Below are positions 1 through 9,636 of a stretch of 64,000 bases of DNA, in pieces. The stretch is taken from NCBI GenBank assembly GCA_022530585.1, contig CP092821.1, positions 819,465 through 883,464 on the forward strand, given 5' to 3'. The first letter of the stretch is position 1; each line of letters opens with the position of its first letter. The position numbers and the translations under genes were made by a program. The notes beneath the pieces were generated by a model. That model was given only the letters and a program-made list of their open reading frames with translations. It did not search any database and was not told where the DNA came from. The DNA is from Candidatus Nealsonbacteria bacterium DGGOD1a. Its GTDB lineage: Bacteria > Patescibacteriota > Minisyncoccia > Minisyncoccales > UBA5738.

Positions 1-599
1 TTTACCAATGCCGGCCCCTCATTGTAAAAATCGCCGAAATAACTGATGCCCGCTTTGTCCAAATACGCCCGCGATTGCGCAAAACCGTCTTTGCCGAAAT
101 CCCGCACATGATTATTGGCCAAATTAACGATATTAAATCCGCTATCCTTGAGCGCCTTCGCCAACGCCGGGTCAAAAGTGAAACTGGTATTGTTCGGATC
201 CAGCGGCCGCGGCTTAAAATCCGTGAACGATCCTTCCAAATTCGCCAGAACCAGATCATTGCCCGCCAAAAAATCTTTGATATTTTCAAACGGATAATCC
301 GCGCCCTTGCGGTCAATCTCCCGCTTGATATAACGGTCAAGCAACAAATCACCAAACGCCAGCAAAGTTACCGGCGCGATTTTAACAGTCTCTTCTTTTT
401 CGATAATTTCATTTCTCGCTGTCTTTGCCGGGGTCGCAAAAATCTGATCCCGGCGGCTATCGTTTTCCGAATGGTTAGGCCGCAAGAAAAAAGCAAAAAA
501 CGCGGCCAGGCCGAAAATCACCGTGAAAACAGCCGCTCCGATAAATCGCGCGCGCTTTTCGTCTCTGATTTTAACCTTAAACGGTTTCTTTTTTGCCAT
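1..599 (-). CDS. CapA/PgsA-family metallophosphatase (poly-gamma-glutamate capsule biosynthesis CapA-like). The gene continues beyond the window start.
   Basis: The minus strand is open from the ATG at about 597-599 (MAKKKPFKVKIRDEKRARFIGAAVFTVIFGLAAFF, an N-terminal TM helix) to the window edge. Motifs LLAFGDLLLDR, NLEGS and NLANNHVRDFG are typical of CapA metallophosphatases. The ORF track missed it because it is truncated. Track ORFs 2..355(-) and 75..635(+) are the wrong frame or strand. Confidence 0.6.
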   Translation of the reverse strand, partial: MAKKKPFKVKIRDEKRARFIGAAVFTVIFGLAAFFAFFLRPNHSENDSRRDQIFATPAKTARNEIIEKEETVKIAPVTLLAFGDLLLDRYIKREIDRKGADYPFENIKDFLAGNDLVLANLEGSFTDFKPRPLDPNNTSFTFDPALAKALKDSGFNIVNLANNHVRDFGKDGFAQSRAYLDKAGISYFGDFYNEGPALV

Positions 600-751
600 C
601 GCAACAAATGGCGCACCCGGCGCCGATCACCTTGATTGATATGGTTTTATTTCCCATTGTTTTTTTGCTTATCCTTGAATTACGAAACGCTTTGCATAAC
701 GAATTTCCGGTTCTCGAAATTTTGCCCTTCAAAATCCATAATTTTGCAATC

Positions 752-784
752 TAAAAAGCCGCCTGCTTGGCGGCGACTTTGAAA
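752..784 (-). terminator. Candidate rho-independent terminator downstream of the small gene at 785..1054
   Basis: A GC hairpin (aagccgcc-tgcttg-ggcggc) is followed by a T-run when read on the minus strand. Confidence 0.35.
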
Positions 785-1054
785 TTATGCCGGAAATGGC
801 TGAAGAAGCCAACCGCCGCCTTCTTTATGCGCTTCAATGCATTTTTGACTGCCGTGTTTAACCTTTTCGGCGATGGAAATGCTGTTACGATTAAATTCCT
901 TGTCGTCTTTTACGGTGATAATGATGCAAGCCCTGTCGGGAATTTTTTCAAATTCCTTCGGATGTTTTGACAGATATTCGTCAAATTCCAAAGAAAGTTT
1001 GATATTTTTTTTAATAAAATTTTGTCTCATAATTTTATTATGATTATTTGGCAT
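785..1054 (-). CDS. Small hypothetical protein, possible partner (antitoxin-like) of the upstream DUF6516-like gene
   Basis: 89-aa ORF. It overlaps the upstream gene by 1 nt (ATGA-type coupling) and has no recognisable motif. Confidence 0.35.
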   Translation of the reverse strand: MPNNHNKIMRQNFIKKNIKLSLEFDEYLSKHPKEFEKIPDRACIIITVKDDKEFNRNSISIAEKVKHGSQKCIEAHKEGGGWLLQPFPA

Positions 1055-1365
1055 TAACCATTCATTAAATAATTCTCCATGATCTTTCTGAAATTTTTGG
1101 TTATATGCCGCTTGGCTTCCGTAAAAACATTATTAGCATCCCCGTCCAGATATGTAAAGATTCGCTTCTTTTTCAAGTAATAGGTGTGCTTATGCGATTT
1201 ATTGCCGTGGCGGCAATTATCTATTCTTATTATAGTACGCCAGCGAGAATCAACCAAACTGTGGTATTGGACAACAAATTCCAATATATATCCCCGTTTT
1301 TCGGTGAATTCAACAAGCAATTTATCTTTATCGGTTAACGGTTGGATATACCTAACCTTTTTCAT
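1054..1365 (-). CDS. DUF6516 / TumE-like small protein (putative toxin of a TA pair)
   Basis: 103 aa. The RIDNCRHGNKSHKHTYY segment resembles the RWDNAPHH..HHKH signature I recall for DUF6516/TumE. The family assignment is from memory. Confidence 0.35.
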   Translation of the reverse strand: MKKVRYIQPLTDKDKLLVEFTEKRGYILEFVVQYHSLVDSRWRTIIRIDNCRHGNKSHKHTYYLKKKRIFTYLDGDANNVFTEAKRHITKNFRKIMENYLMNG

Positions 1366-1370
1366 ATTTA

Positions 1371-2396
1371 TTACTTCCAGCCTTGGTTGACGACGCGCCA
1401 GACCACTTGTTCTTGCGGAAGCTGGATCGCGCCCTGCGGAGTCTGCTGAACCATATTGGTTTGCTGTTTGCGGTAGTCGATGGAAAGTTCGAAATAATTT
1501 TGCAGGTCTTTACTTTCCACATAGGCGATGCGATAATCCTTTTTGGTTTGCATCACATTCTGTCCCAGCTCGTTTTCCGGATTCCACAACGAATTCAAAT
1601 TCATCTCGCGGTTATATTCTTCCAGCAAATCGGTCATCGCCTTCGATAACTCCTCATCGGCGTATTGCACGGTTTTGACGCCCAAATCCTCCTTGGCTTC
1701 CTTGCGGCCGATGAAATATTGGTGCGAATATAATTTTTCCGTGAAATAATCCACCACTTTCTCGATCTCCTCTTCGCGCATCGGATTTTTATGGCTTTTC
1801 AACAACCGCTTGGCCAGAATACGGATCAGATTATGGATGCGATTCACATTGCCCAACGCCAATGGATGGATCTGCGGATTGGCATCCACGAATTTCTCGA
1901 AAATGCGCGAAAGCTGTTCGTCGTCCTTGATGCCGAACTTGTTTTTGGCCAGATCAAAATAAGCCATTACATCCTCCACCGAAATCGGAATTCTCTGGTG
2001 CGGGTTTTGCGGATCGACCGGATTGAAAACATTGGCCGTGGACGGATCGATGGGCGAAATTTCCGACAAGTTGCTCATCACAATTTCATCCGCGCCCAGC
2101 GCGATCATCGTGGCCGCGCTGTGCGCTTTATAAGACACCAGCACCGAAAACTTGGCGCAATGTTCGCGGATCATCGAAACCAAACGCCAGGGAACCATCG
2201 TGTCTCCGCCGGAACTGTACAGAAACAAATCGATATTCTCGGTTTTGCCGATGGCCCGCAATTGCTTGCCGGCTATCGGAATGATATCCATTGCCACGCG
2301 CGCGCTCACCGGCCCCGGCCGGTCGCTGGTCAAATAAGTAATCACCCGCGATTCGCGCAAACCTTCAATCCGCTGAATCAATTGTTTTTTATCCAT
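1371..2396 (-). CDS. Clp-fold serine protease, SDH (serine dehydrogenase proteinase) / SppA-like family
   Basis: 341 aa. The LYSSGGD...SYKAHSAATMIALGADEIVM segment matches the ClpP/SppA-fold SDH family (Ser nucleophile GGD, Lys/His region). Confidence 0.55.
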   Translation of the reverse strand: MDKKQLIQRIEGLRESRVITYLTSDRPGPVSARVAMDIIPIAGKQLRAIGKTENIDLFLYSSGGDTMVPWRLVSMIREHCAKFSVLVSYKAHSAATMIALGADEIVMSNLSEISPIDPSTANVFNPVDPQNPHQRIPISVEDVMAYFDLAKNKFGIKDDEQLSRIFEKFVDANPQIHPLALGNVNRIHNLIRILAKRLLKSHKNPMREEEIEKVVDYFTEKLYSHQYFIGRKEAKEDLGVKTVQYADEELSKAMTDLLEEYNREMNLNSLWNPENELGQNVMQTKKDYRIAYVESKDLQNYFELSIDYRKQQTNMVQQTPQGAIQLPQEQVVWRVVNQGWK

Positions 2397-2464
2397 AAAT
2401 TTTTTCGCTTTTAGATTGCCATAATCATATCATTTCCTCCGATATTTGCCACTCTCGCAAATAA

Positions 2465-3175
2465 TTATCCGTCATTTTTGTTCTTGGCGCATCTATAATT
2501 TACCAGGCTGACATCGGCGTAAACCGCGCTTTTGAATTTCCACAAAACATCAAGGCAAAAAGCGGTATCTTCGCCGATACGCAAATCGTTATATTCAACT
2601 TCCTCAAAAACATCCCGGCGCACCGCCGCGTACCCGTGATGCGGATGAGCCCCCTCTATCCATTTTTCTTCCGCCGGCCGGTCGATAAAAATAAATTTGG
2701 AATTGTCTTTTTTGGGAGGATTGCCAAAAGTGAAATCAATCAGCTGCCGGCTGAAAACAAACGGAATTTCATCTTTGTCGTACTTTTCAAACCCGCGGCC
2801 GTCCCTTTTGAAACCGTGCAAAAATAATTTTGGATCGTATTTCAGAAAAACATCTTTGGTTATCTCGATTTTCTGCGGATGGCACTCGTCGTCGGCATCG
2901 CAAAAAACCAAGATATTATGCGCGGCCAGCCTGGCTCCTCTGTTCCGATTCTGGCCCGCGAACTGTTTTTCGCCGATAACGCGAAACTTCACGGGAAAAG
3001 GATATTTCGAATACTTTTCTTCGAGAACGGAACCGTCTTTTTCCGATGTTTCGCTCAAAGCGACGATAACCTCTTCCGGAAGGCGGGTTTGGCGGCGCAA
3101 ACTCTCCAGCATTCTCCCGATGTCGCAAATATCGGAAGGATGGCAAGGAATGATAATTGATAAATCATTGATCAT
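2465..3175 (-). CDS. Family 2 glycosyltransferase (GT-A fold)
   Basis: N-terminal SIIIPCH...VIVALSE and the DADDE (DxD-like) motif. Confidence 0.75.
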   Translation of the reverse strand: MINDLSIIIPCHPSDICDIGRMLESLRRQTRLPEEVIVALSETSEKDGSVLEEKYSKYPFPVKFRVIGEKQFAGQNRNRGARLAAHNILVFCDADDECHPQKIEITKDVFLKYDPKLFLHGFKRDGRGFEKYDKDEIPFVFSRQLIDFTFGNPPKKDNSKFIFIDRPAEEKWIEGAHPHHGYAAVRRDVFEEVEYNDLRIGEDTAFCLDVLWKFKSAVYADVSLVNYRCAKNKNDG

Positions 3176-3199
3176 CGTTTTTCCGTTTAAACGCGAAAA

Positions 3200-4390
3200 T
3201 CACAACTCGCCGAGCAAGCCCAAGAGCTGTTTGAAAATTACATCCGAGCCCAAATTGCGTTTTAATTCGGCGCGCGACTCCCGTCCGACCCGGCGCTCCG
3301 CGGCGGTTTCTATTTTATCGAAAACATTATTTGTATTTTCAAAACCGACGATAAACGATTCCAGCCCGAAGCGCCGGAATTGTTCGGCCACCCCCATATT
3401 GGGGCTGATCAGCGCGGGCGTGCCGCAAGCGACCGCTTCCATGGCGATATTGCCGTAAGTTTCAAAATGCGAAGGACAAATTACGACATCCATCATCCTG
3501 TAAAAACGCGCCAGTTCTTTATTCAGCATCGGAGCGACGAATTTTATGTCTTTTTTTAATTTGGCATAAATCCTGCTTCGAGGATTAAGGCTCGCGACCG
3601 CGCAGATATTTAATTTCCCTCCTGCCGACGAATTGAATTTCGCGAGCCTGGCGATGAAACGGGGATTTTTCTCGTGTGTCCAGCGCATAACAAATCCCGC
3701 GTTGATGCCGCTTCTTCCAGCCAGTTCCGGCAAAGGGCAGTTGGCGAGTTCTCCGATTTTTGAAGTATTTTTAAAAAAATACAAAGGTACCGGATTCGGG
3801 AGGATTTTGCATTTTTTCAATGGCCGGCCAAACACTTCTTTTTCCGCGGCTTCGCGCGCGATATTCGAAGGAAAAATATAAAACACGCTATCGTCAAGAT
3901 AGCTTTTTTCCATTTCGCGGTAAATGTTCCGCGCCCTTTCTTCATACTTTTCGACTTCTCTGGAAATCACCCCGTGGTAATGCAAAACTATTTTTTTCGC
4001 GCGCGCCCTAACGGCCGCGATGTACAGACACCAAACCAGATGATATGTGCCGCTAAGAAGGATTATATCCGGCTTTTCCGCCGCGATCACTTTTTCGTAT
4101 TCGAGGATAACGCTTTCCATCGATGATTCAAATTCCCCGAGATTGCCGGCCGCTTTTGCCAAATCGCCGATATTTTCAAACGGGATCGAAATCGAATAAA
4201 GCTTCCAATTTTTTTCTCCGGAAATGTTAACCAGCGATTTTTCTCGGCCGCCGTCGGCCCGCGTGATATCAACGCCGATCAGTTCGACTTCTTCTTTTTC
4301 ATATGTTGCCTTGATGTAATCCGCCAAAGAAAGAACATAATGCGTTATACCCGCGATTTTATGGAAATGGATGCTTGTTAATATTTTCAT
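3200..4390 (-). CDS. Family 4 (group 1, GT-B) glycosyltransferase
   Basis: The C-terminal EX7E-type region (FETYGNIAMEAVACGTPALIS) is paralogous to the next gene. Confidence 0.75.
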   Translation of the reverse strand: MKILTSIHFHKIAGITHYVLSLADYIKATYEKEEVELIGVDITRADGGREKSLVNISGEKNWKLYSISIPFENIGDLAKAAGNLGEFESSMESVILEYEKVIAAEKPDIILLSGTYHLVWCLYIAAVRARAKKIVLHYHGVISREVEKYEERARNIYREMEKSYLDDSVFYIFPSNIAREAAEKEVFGRPLKKCKILPNPVPLYFFKNTSKIGELANCPLPELAGRSGINAGFVMRWTHEKNPRFIARLAKFNSSAGGKLNICAVASLNPRSRIYAKLKKDIKFVAPMLNKELARFYRMMDVVICPSHFETYGNIAMEAVACGTPALISPNMGVAEQFRRFGLESFIVGFENTNNVFDKIETAAERRVGRESRAELKRNLGSDVIFKQLLGLLGEL

Positions 4391-5571
4391 TTCGAAGACT
4401 TATCCGATTTGACATAATTGAGAAGCAAACCGTGAATACGATCCGGATTGAGTTCATTTTTTAATTCAAGCCTGATCTTCGGATCAACCGTTTCTCCCAT
4501 CATCCGGTCGATTTTCTTAAATACTTTCGCCGGCACATCAAACGGTGAAATCCATTTGTCCAGCCCGAAGCGCCGGAATTGTTCGGCCACCCCCATATTG
4601 GGGCTGATCAGCGCGGGCGTGCCGCAAGCGACCGCTTCCTGCGCCACATTGCCGTATGTCTCGAAACGGGAAGGGCAAACGATAAGATCCATTTTTGAAT
4701 AAAATCGCCCCATTTTCGCGTTTTCCATCGGCTGGACCATTCTAACCGAATCGCAAATATGTTTTGGAATGTCAACCACGGCGCGAAAATCGCTCAACAG
4801 GCTAAAAACATTGTTTTTTATCGATTTTGAATTATGAAGCGCGTATTTTTTAATAAAAGACTTATTCTTTACATGCCGCCATCTGGCAATCATTCCGATA
4901 TTGTTAGTATCATTCTTTATCTTACTCGTCTTAAAGAAATGAAGCGGAATCGCATTGGGCAAAACGCAAAAATGCTTCGGCTCGCGGCCGAAAACATCCT
5001 TGGCCACGGCATTTTTCGCGAATAAAGAAGGAAAGATATATCTTAAATTGTCGGAATCGAAGGTTTTTTCTATGCCTTGGAAAATCCGGCGCATCGCCTC
5101 GGGGTAATGTTCGGTTTCCTTGGTCAGGCTTCCGTGATAATGCAAAACAATATTTTTCACCGTGTTCCGCGCCGCCAGAAACAAACACCACGGAAGATAA
5201 TAGGTGCCGTTGAGCAATATTACATCCGGTTTTTCCCGCCGGATAATTTCTCTGTACCGGTCGATTATCGGGCTTAACTTGTTTTGAACCTCGCCGATAT
5301 TGTCCGATTTTTTCACCAATTCTTTGATATCGGGATGCGGCATGGAAGCGGTTATCACCCGAATATTGTCTTCACGGCTTTCTTTAATTTCCGACGATGC
5401 TCCAAGATTGTCGTTCTTGGCCATTTCCACTCCCACAAGCTCCAAATTATTGGAGTTTTTTTGTTTCTTCACATAAGAAGCCAGCGAAGACAAGGTTTGG
5501 GAGATGCCGGCAAGATTATAGAAGCGGACATTGGTTAGAATTTTCATCCTGTTAAAATTAGCACGATTCAA
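4387..5571 (-). CDS. Family 4 (group 1, GT-B) glycosyltransferase, tandem paralogue of 3200..4390
   Basis: The C-terminal block GTPALISPNMGVAEQFRRFGL is identical to the neighbouring gene. It overlaps that gene by 4 nt. Confidence 0.75.
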   Translation of the reverse strand: MNRANFNRMKILTNVRFYNLAGISQTLSSLASYVKKQKNSNNLELVGVEMAKNDNLGASSEIKESREDNIRVITASMPHPDIKELVKKSDNIGEVQNKLSPIIDRYREIIRREKPDVILLNGTYYLPWCLFLAARNTVKNIVLHYHGSLTKETEHYPEAMRRIFQGIEKTFDSDNLRYIFPSLFAKNAVAKDVFGREPKHFCVLPNAIPLHFFKTSKIKNDTNNIGMIARWRHVKNKSFIKKYALHNSKSIKNNVFSLLSDFRAVVDIPKHICDSVRMVQPMENAKMGRFYSKMDLIVCPSRFETYGNVAQEAVACGTPALISPNMGVAEQFRRFGLDKWISPFDVPAKVFKKIDRMMGETVDPKIRLELKNELNPDRIHGLLLNYVKSDKSSK

Positions 5572-5667
5572 CCGTTATTTCAATAGTTTTGCGGCAATTT
5601 CGCGGAAAGTTGATATCGCTCAAAAGCGCGCCGTCCCTACAGTTCTGCTTGAAAAAACCAACTCGCA

Positions 5668-7431
5668 TCAGCTTGCCCGTTTCCGGCCGGTGAGCATTCT
5701 TACGGCTTGTTCCATGGAACCGGCAAGAGTGATCGTACCGGCGTTGACGAAATAGATTTCATCGGCATTGACGATGGTGTTGAGGCGATGCGCGATAATG
5801 ACTTTGGTGGTGTTTTCCGGAAGTTTTCCGATTATTTCTTCCAGAAGCTGTTCGGTAACCGTATCGATATTGGCCGTGGCTTCATCAAGAATCAATAAAT
5901 CCGGTTTTCTTAAAACCGCGCGAATAAAAGCTATCAACTGCTTCTGGCCCAAACTGATGGTATCGCCATCGCCGACAATCTTTGTTTTCAGCCCCTGGCC
6001 GAACCGCGCCAACAAACCGGAAAGGCCGGCGTCTTCCAGCGCGGTCGCCAGCTGTTCATCGGCGCAATCAATGTAATGCGGATTGCCGTAAACAATATTG
6101 TCGCGGATCGTACCGGTAAACAAAAGCGGCTCTTGCAGGATAAAACCGATCCTTCGCGCGCGGACTTCGGGCGAATACGAACGAATATCTTTGCCTTCAA
6201 ACAAAATCGCGCCCTCGGACGCGTCGTATATCCGGGCCATCAACGAAGCGGTCGTGGTCTTTCCGCCGCCGGTCGGACCGACCAGCGCGTAAGTCTTGCC
6301 TTTTTTGAGCTTTAAATTAACTTTTTCCAAAACCGTTTTCCCGTCCAAGTAAGTGAAAGATACATTCCGAAATTCCAACCGCAGATCGGTTTTATCGCGG
6401 CCAAACCTGTTCTCGACGATTTTCATATCCGATTTTAACGCCAACACTTCCGAAATGCGTTCAATGGCCGCGAACGCCAGTTGCAATGTGGGCCACACCG
6501 TTGCCAGCTGGCGCAGCGGGCCGTAGAAACTGTTGACATACAACAAATAACCGATCAGCAAACCAATGGTGAAATCGCCGGCGCCGATCAGGTAAATTCC
6601 GTAGCCAAGCACGATCATTTGCGCCAAGATCGAAGCTACGCCATAGATTGGAACGAAAACATTGCTCGCGATCCCGGCTTTGACCGCCGCGGAAAAATTA
6701 TTGGCATTGACGCCGTTGAATTTATCGCGGAAATAATCAAGCCGGTTGAATGCCGCGACCACTTTGAAATTCGCTAAACTTTCCTGAATTTCCGAACTCA
6801 TTTTGCCGGTCGTTTGCAAACTTTTTAGATTGGCCCGCTCAACCCACGGCCCGAACAACCGCGTCGCGATCAAAACAACGGCCGCCGGGATCAGGGCCGC
6901 GGCGCCAAGGCGCGGGTTCAACAACACCAAAAATATTCCCGCGCCGGCAACGATAAAAAAACTGCGCATTAATTGCATCAATGCCTGGCCGATGAACTGG
7001 TTTAATTTATCGGTATCGTTGTTGACGCGGGAAATCAAATCGCCGGATTTATTCTGGTTGAAAAACGCCAGCGGCAATTCCTGGAGCTTATTGAATAGTA
7101 TATTGCGCAAATTAAACAGCGCCCGGCGGCCCGTACCGCCCAAAGCGATGGTTTGGACATAACTCGCGATCAATATCACCAGATATACCGCCAACAGCTG
7201 CCACAAGCAAACCGCAACTCCGCGGTAATCGCCGTTTTTTATGTACACATCAACCGCCCGGCCGATGATTATGGGATCAAGCAGAGCGGCCGCCGCCCAA
7301 ACCAAAGCCGCGAAAATCGCCAGCGCGATATTCGCTTTTTCGCCGGCCAAAAGCGGCGCCATCATTTTTAAGGCCCGCGCCGATATTCCTTTTCTGTTTT
7401 TATTTTTGCGGTCGCCAAGCGCGTAATTCAT
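5668..7431 (-). CDS. ABC exporter, fused permease-ATPase (MsbA/type I exporter-like), subunit B of a heterodimer
   Basis: 6 TM helices. Walker A GPTGGGKTT, the LSGGQKQ signature and Walker B ILDEATA. The start is probably at MNYAL (ORF M5). Confidence 0.85.
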   Translation of the reverse strand: MNYALGDRKNKNRKGISARALKMMAPLLAGEKANIALAIFAALVWAAAALLDPIIIGRAVDVYIKNGDYRGVAVCLWQLLAVYLVILIASYVQTIALGGTGRRALFNLRNILFNKLQELPLAFFNQNKSGDLISRVNNDTDKLNQFIGQALMQLMRSFFIVAGAGIFLVLLNPRLGAAALIPAAVVLIATRLFGPWVERANLKSLQTTGKMSSEIQESLANFKVVAAFNRLDYFRDKFNGVNANNFSAAVKAGIASNVFVPIYGVASILAQMIVLGYGIYLIGAGDFTIGLLIGYLLYVNSFYGPLRQLATVWPTLQLAFAAIERISEVLALKSDMKIVENRFGRDKTDLRLEFRNVSFTYLDGKTVLEKVNLKLKKGKTYALVGPTGGGKTTTASLMARIYDASEGAILFEGKDIRSYSPEVRARRIGFILQEPLLFTGTIRDNIVYGNPHYIDCADEQLATALEDAGLSGLLARFGQGLKTKIVGDGDTISLGQKQLIAFIRAVLRKPDLLILDEATANIDTVTEQLLEEIIGKLPENTTKVIIAHRLNTIVNADEIYFVNAGTITLAGSMEQAVRMLTGRKRAS

Positions 7432-9172
7432 GCTCGTATTCATTGGTGCTTTTTTGCGAATTATATATTTGTATGTATTCCGGCGATGACTCGATCAACT
7501 GTCGATGCGTGCCGCGGGCCAGCGCTTCCCCTTCCATCAAAAGAATAATCTGGTCGTAATCTTTCACCGGTTCGATTTTCTGCGTGACCGACACCAAAGT
7601 GATGCCGGGATACCGGCTGCGGATATTGGCCAAAATTTTCCGTTCGGTTTCATTATCCACGCGCGCGGTGAAATCATCGAGCAAAAGAATTTTGGGATTC
7701 AACGCCAGCGCCCGCGCCAGCATAACGCGCTGTTTCTGCCCGCCCGACAAGCTGGTTCCCCGCTCGGACACCATGGTGTCCAGTTTTTTTGGCAGCGTAT
7801 CGATGAATTCCTTCAACTCGGAAGCGGCAATCGCTTTCTCGATGTCCGCCTCGGATACTTTGGCGTTAAACGCGATATTCTCCCGCAAGCTGATATTAAA
7901 AATTATGCTGTCCTGGAACACCAGCCCCACTTGCCGGCGCAAAGCGGCTTTGTCATATTCGTTGATGTTCTTTCCGTCGTAGTAAACCGCGCCGGATGTC
8001 GGCTCCAGCAATCCCGTTAAAATATAAATCAGCCGAGTTTTTCCCGCCGCGGTCGGACCGATGATCGCGGTGCGCGTGCCGGCGTTAATTTTGATATTCA
8101 CATCTTTCAACGCAATTTTCTGGCCGTAAAGCAAATTGATATTTTCCATATCAATATCGCCGCGCAATGCCGTCGCGAGTTTTCCGGTTTCTTTGAGATC
8201 GGGAGCGGCCAGCACCTCGTTAACGCGGCGATAAGACGCGTCGGATTGGGCGATAACCGTGCTCATAAAACTGATGACAATGATCGGAAAAATAAGTATC
8301 GCCAAATAGCTGTTAAACGCCGCGAAATTGCCCAAACTCATCGCGCCGGTGATCACGAAGTGGCCGCCCATTCCCACAATGGCCAGCGTGGCCATATTGG
8401 CGATGAAGGTGACTGCCGGAATCAGAGCCGCAAAATATCTCATAATCGTCAAACCGATGTTTTTCGATTCCTCGTTGGCCGCGCCGAACTTTTCATATTC
8501 ATAACTTTGGGAATTTAGAATCCGGACGACCGCCGCGCCCGTTATGCTTTCGTTGATCACGCAATTCAGCCGATCGATGGTTTCCTGCATTTTGGTGAAC
8601 AATTTATGCACCCGTCCCAGCACCAAATAAAACGCCAGGCCGATGAACGGCATCAGAGCCAAAATCGCCAGCGTCAATTTCCAGTCGATCATCAACATCA
8701 GCGCGCCGGCGCCCGCGATTAAAAAAACCGACGATACCAAAGACGGAATCGCCAACGACACGAACGATTTCACCGCGTCGACATCCGAAGTGAGATTCGT
8801 CAAAAGCTTCGCCGGCGTTACGCGCTCCACGAACGAGTAATTCTGTCGGGCGAGTTTTGCCACCACCTTGGCGCGCAAATCGCGCGCCACCAGCTCCGAC
8901 GCGTAGGTTTGCGCTACTCCCTGCAGATAGGTGAACAAAAAAACAAAAACCGCCACCAGCGAAAACTGAATGGCCAAAGCCCCAACATCAAAACCGCCCG
9001 CGCCATAGGCATCGATCCCCGCCGCGATCAATTTGGGTACCGCAAGACTCAACCCGTTGCTTGCCGCGGTCAACAAAATAATACCGGCCACAAACCGGCC
9101 GTAAGGCTTTACCAGCTTAACCAACTCAACCGAAGTTTTATTGTTTCCGTTGTTTTTCCTGTCAGCCATCAA
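7400..9172 (-). CDS. ABC exporter, fused permease-ATPase, subunit A of a heterodimer
   Basis: TM domain plus Walker A GPTAAGKT, signature LSGGQKQR and Walker B LLLDD. Confidence 0.85.
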   Translation of the reverse strand: MMADRKNNGNNKTSVELVKLVKPYGRFVAGIILLTAASNGLSLAVPKLIAAGIDAYGAGGFDVGALAIQFSLVAVFVFLFTYLQGVAQTYASELVARDLRAKVVAKLARQNYSFVERVTPAKLLTNLTSDVDAVKSFVSLAIPSLVSSVFLIAGAGALMLMIDWKLTLAILALMPFIGLAFYLVLGRVHKLFTKMQETIDRLNCVINESITGAAVVRILNSQSYEYEKFGAANEESKNIGLTIMRYFAALIPAVTFIANMATLAIVGMGGHFVITGAMSLGNFAAFNSYLAILIFPIIVISFMSTVIAQSDASYRRVNEVLAAPDLKETGKLATALRGDIDMENINLLYGQKIALKDVNIKINAGTRTAIIGPTAAGKTRLIYILTGLLEPTSGAVYYDGKNINEYDKAALRRQVGLVFQDSIIFNISLRENIAFNAKVSEADIEKAIAASELKEFIDTLPKKLDTMVSERGTSLSGGQKQRVMLARALALNPKILLLDDFTARVDNETERKILANIRSRYPGITLVSVTQKIEPVKDYDQIILLMEGEALARGTHRQLIESSPEYIQIYNSQKSTNEYEHELRAWRPQK

Positions 9173-9264
9173 AATATACTACCCATTCAACCTACCTCTT
9201 TTATCCCCTTTTTTCAATCAACAACCCCGGCAACAATAAATTTTATATTTTCCATTCGAGTCCG

Positions 9265-9365
9265 CGATCGGGGTATTAACCCCGATCTTGCGGCCAAAGG
9301 GGGCACCCCTTTGGAATCCTCTTGGTGCACCCCGGGGCAAAGCCCCGAGGTATTGCACTCAATAA
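9265..9365. repeat. Structured repeat element, copy 1. The 73-bp core is 100 percent identical to 52244..52316.
   Basis: Hairpin gatcgggg-tattaa-ccccgatc, then hairpin ccaaagggg-gcac-ccctttgg, then the palindromic ccccgggg/ggggcaaagcccc segment. It is followed by the palindrome aatatttcatttgaaatatt. Confidence 0.6.
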
Positions 9366-9539
9366 AAAAATATTTCATTTGAAATATTCATGTTGGGGCG
9401 AGAAAATTTTGCGCCAAAGCCAATTTCCTTCGGTTTCTTTTTACGCAACGGCAACTGCTTGGCGTTTATTGATTGAATTTATCCCACGAAACAACCGCGC
9501 CGTACAGCGCGACATATACGCCGTTGTTTAGCGTTTCAA

Positions 9540-9636
9540 CCGCCCATTGAATTGCGGGCCTTCCCGTGATTTTTTTGGCGGAAAGCGGGTCCAAGACTGA
9601 AAACCTAAGATTTTTTTGGCGGATACCTTTTTGGCG
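9540..9636 (+). repeat. ~97-bp island-associated repeat, copy 1 (cgcccattgaattgcgggccttcccgtgatttttttggcggaaagcggg...gatttttttggcggatacctttttggcg)
   Basis: Near-identical to copy 2 (12934..13030, same orientation) and copy 3 (20029..20133, inverted). It contains an internal direct subrepeat gatttttttggcgga. Confidence 0.6.

Noticed and set aside
2-635. Track ORFs 2..355(-) and 75..635(+)
   Set aside because: Another minus-strand frame gives a coherent CapA-like protein with a TM helix and conserved motifs. The two track ORFs have no recognisable features.
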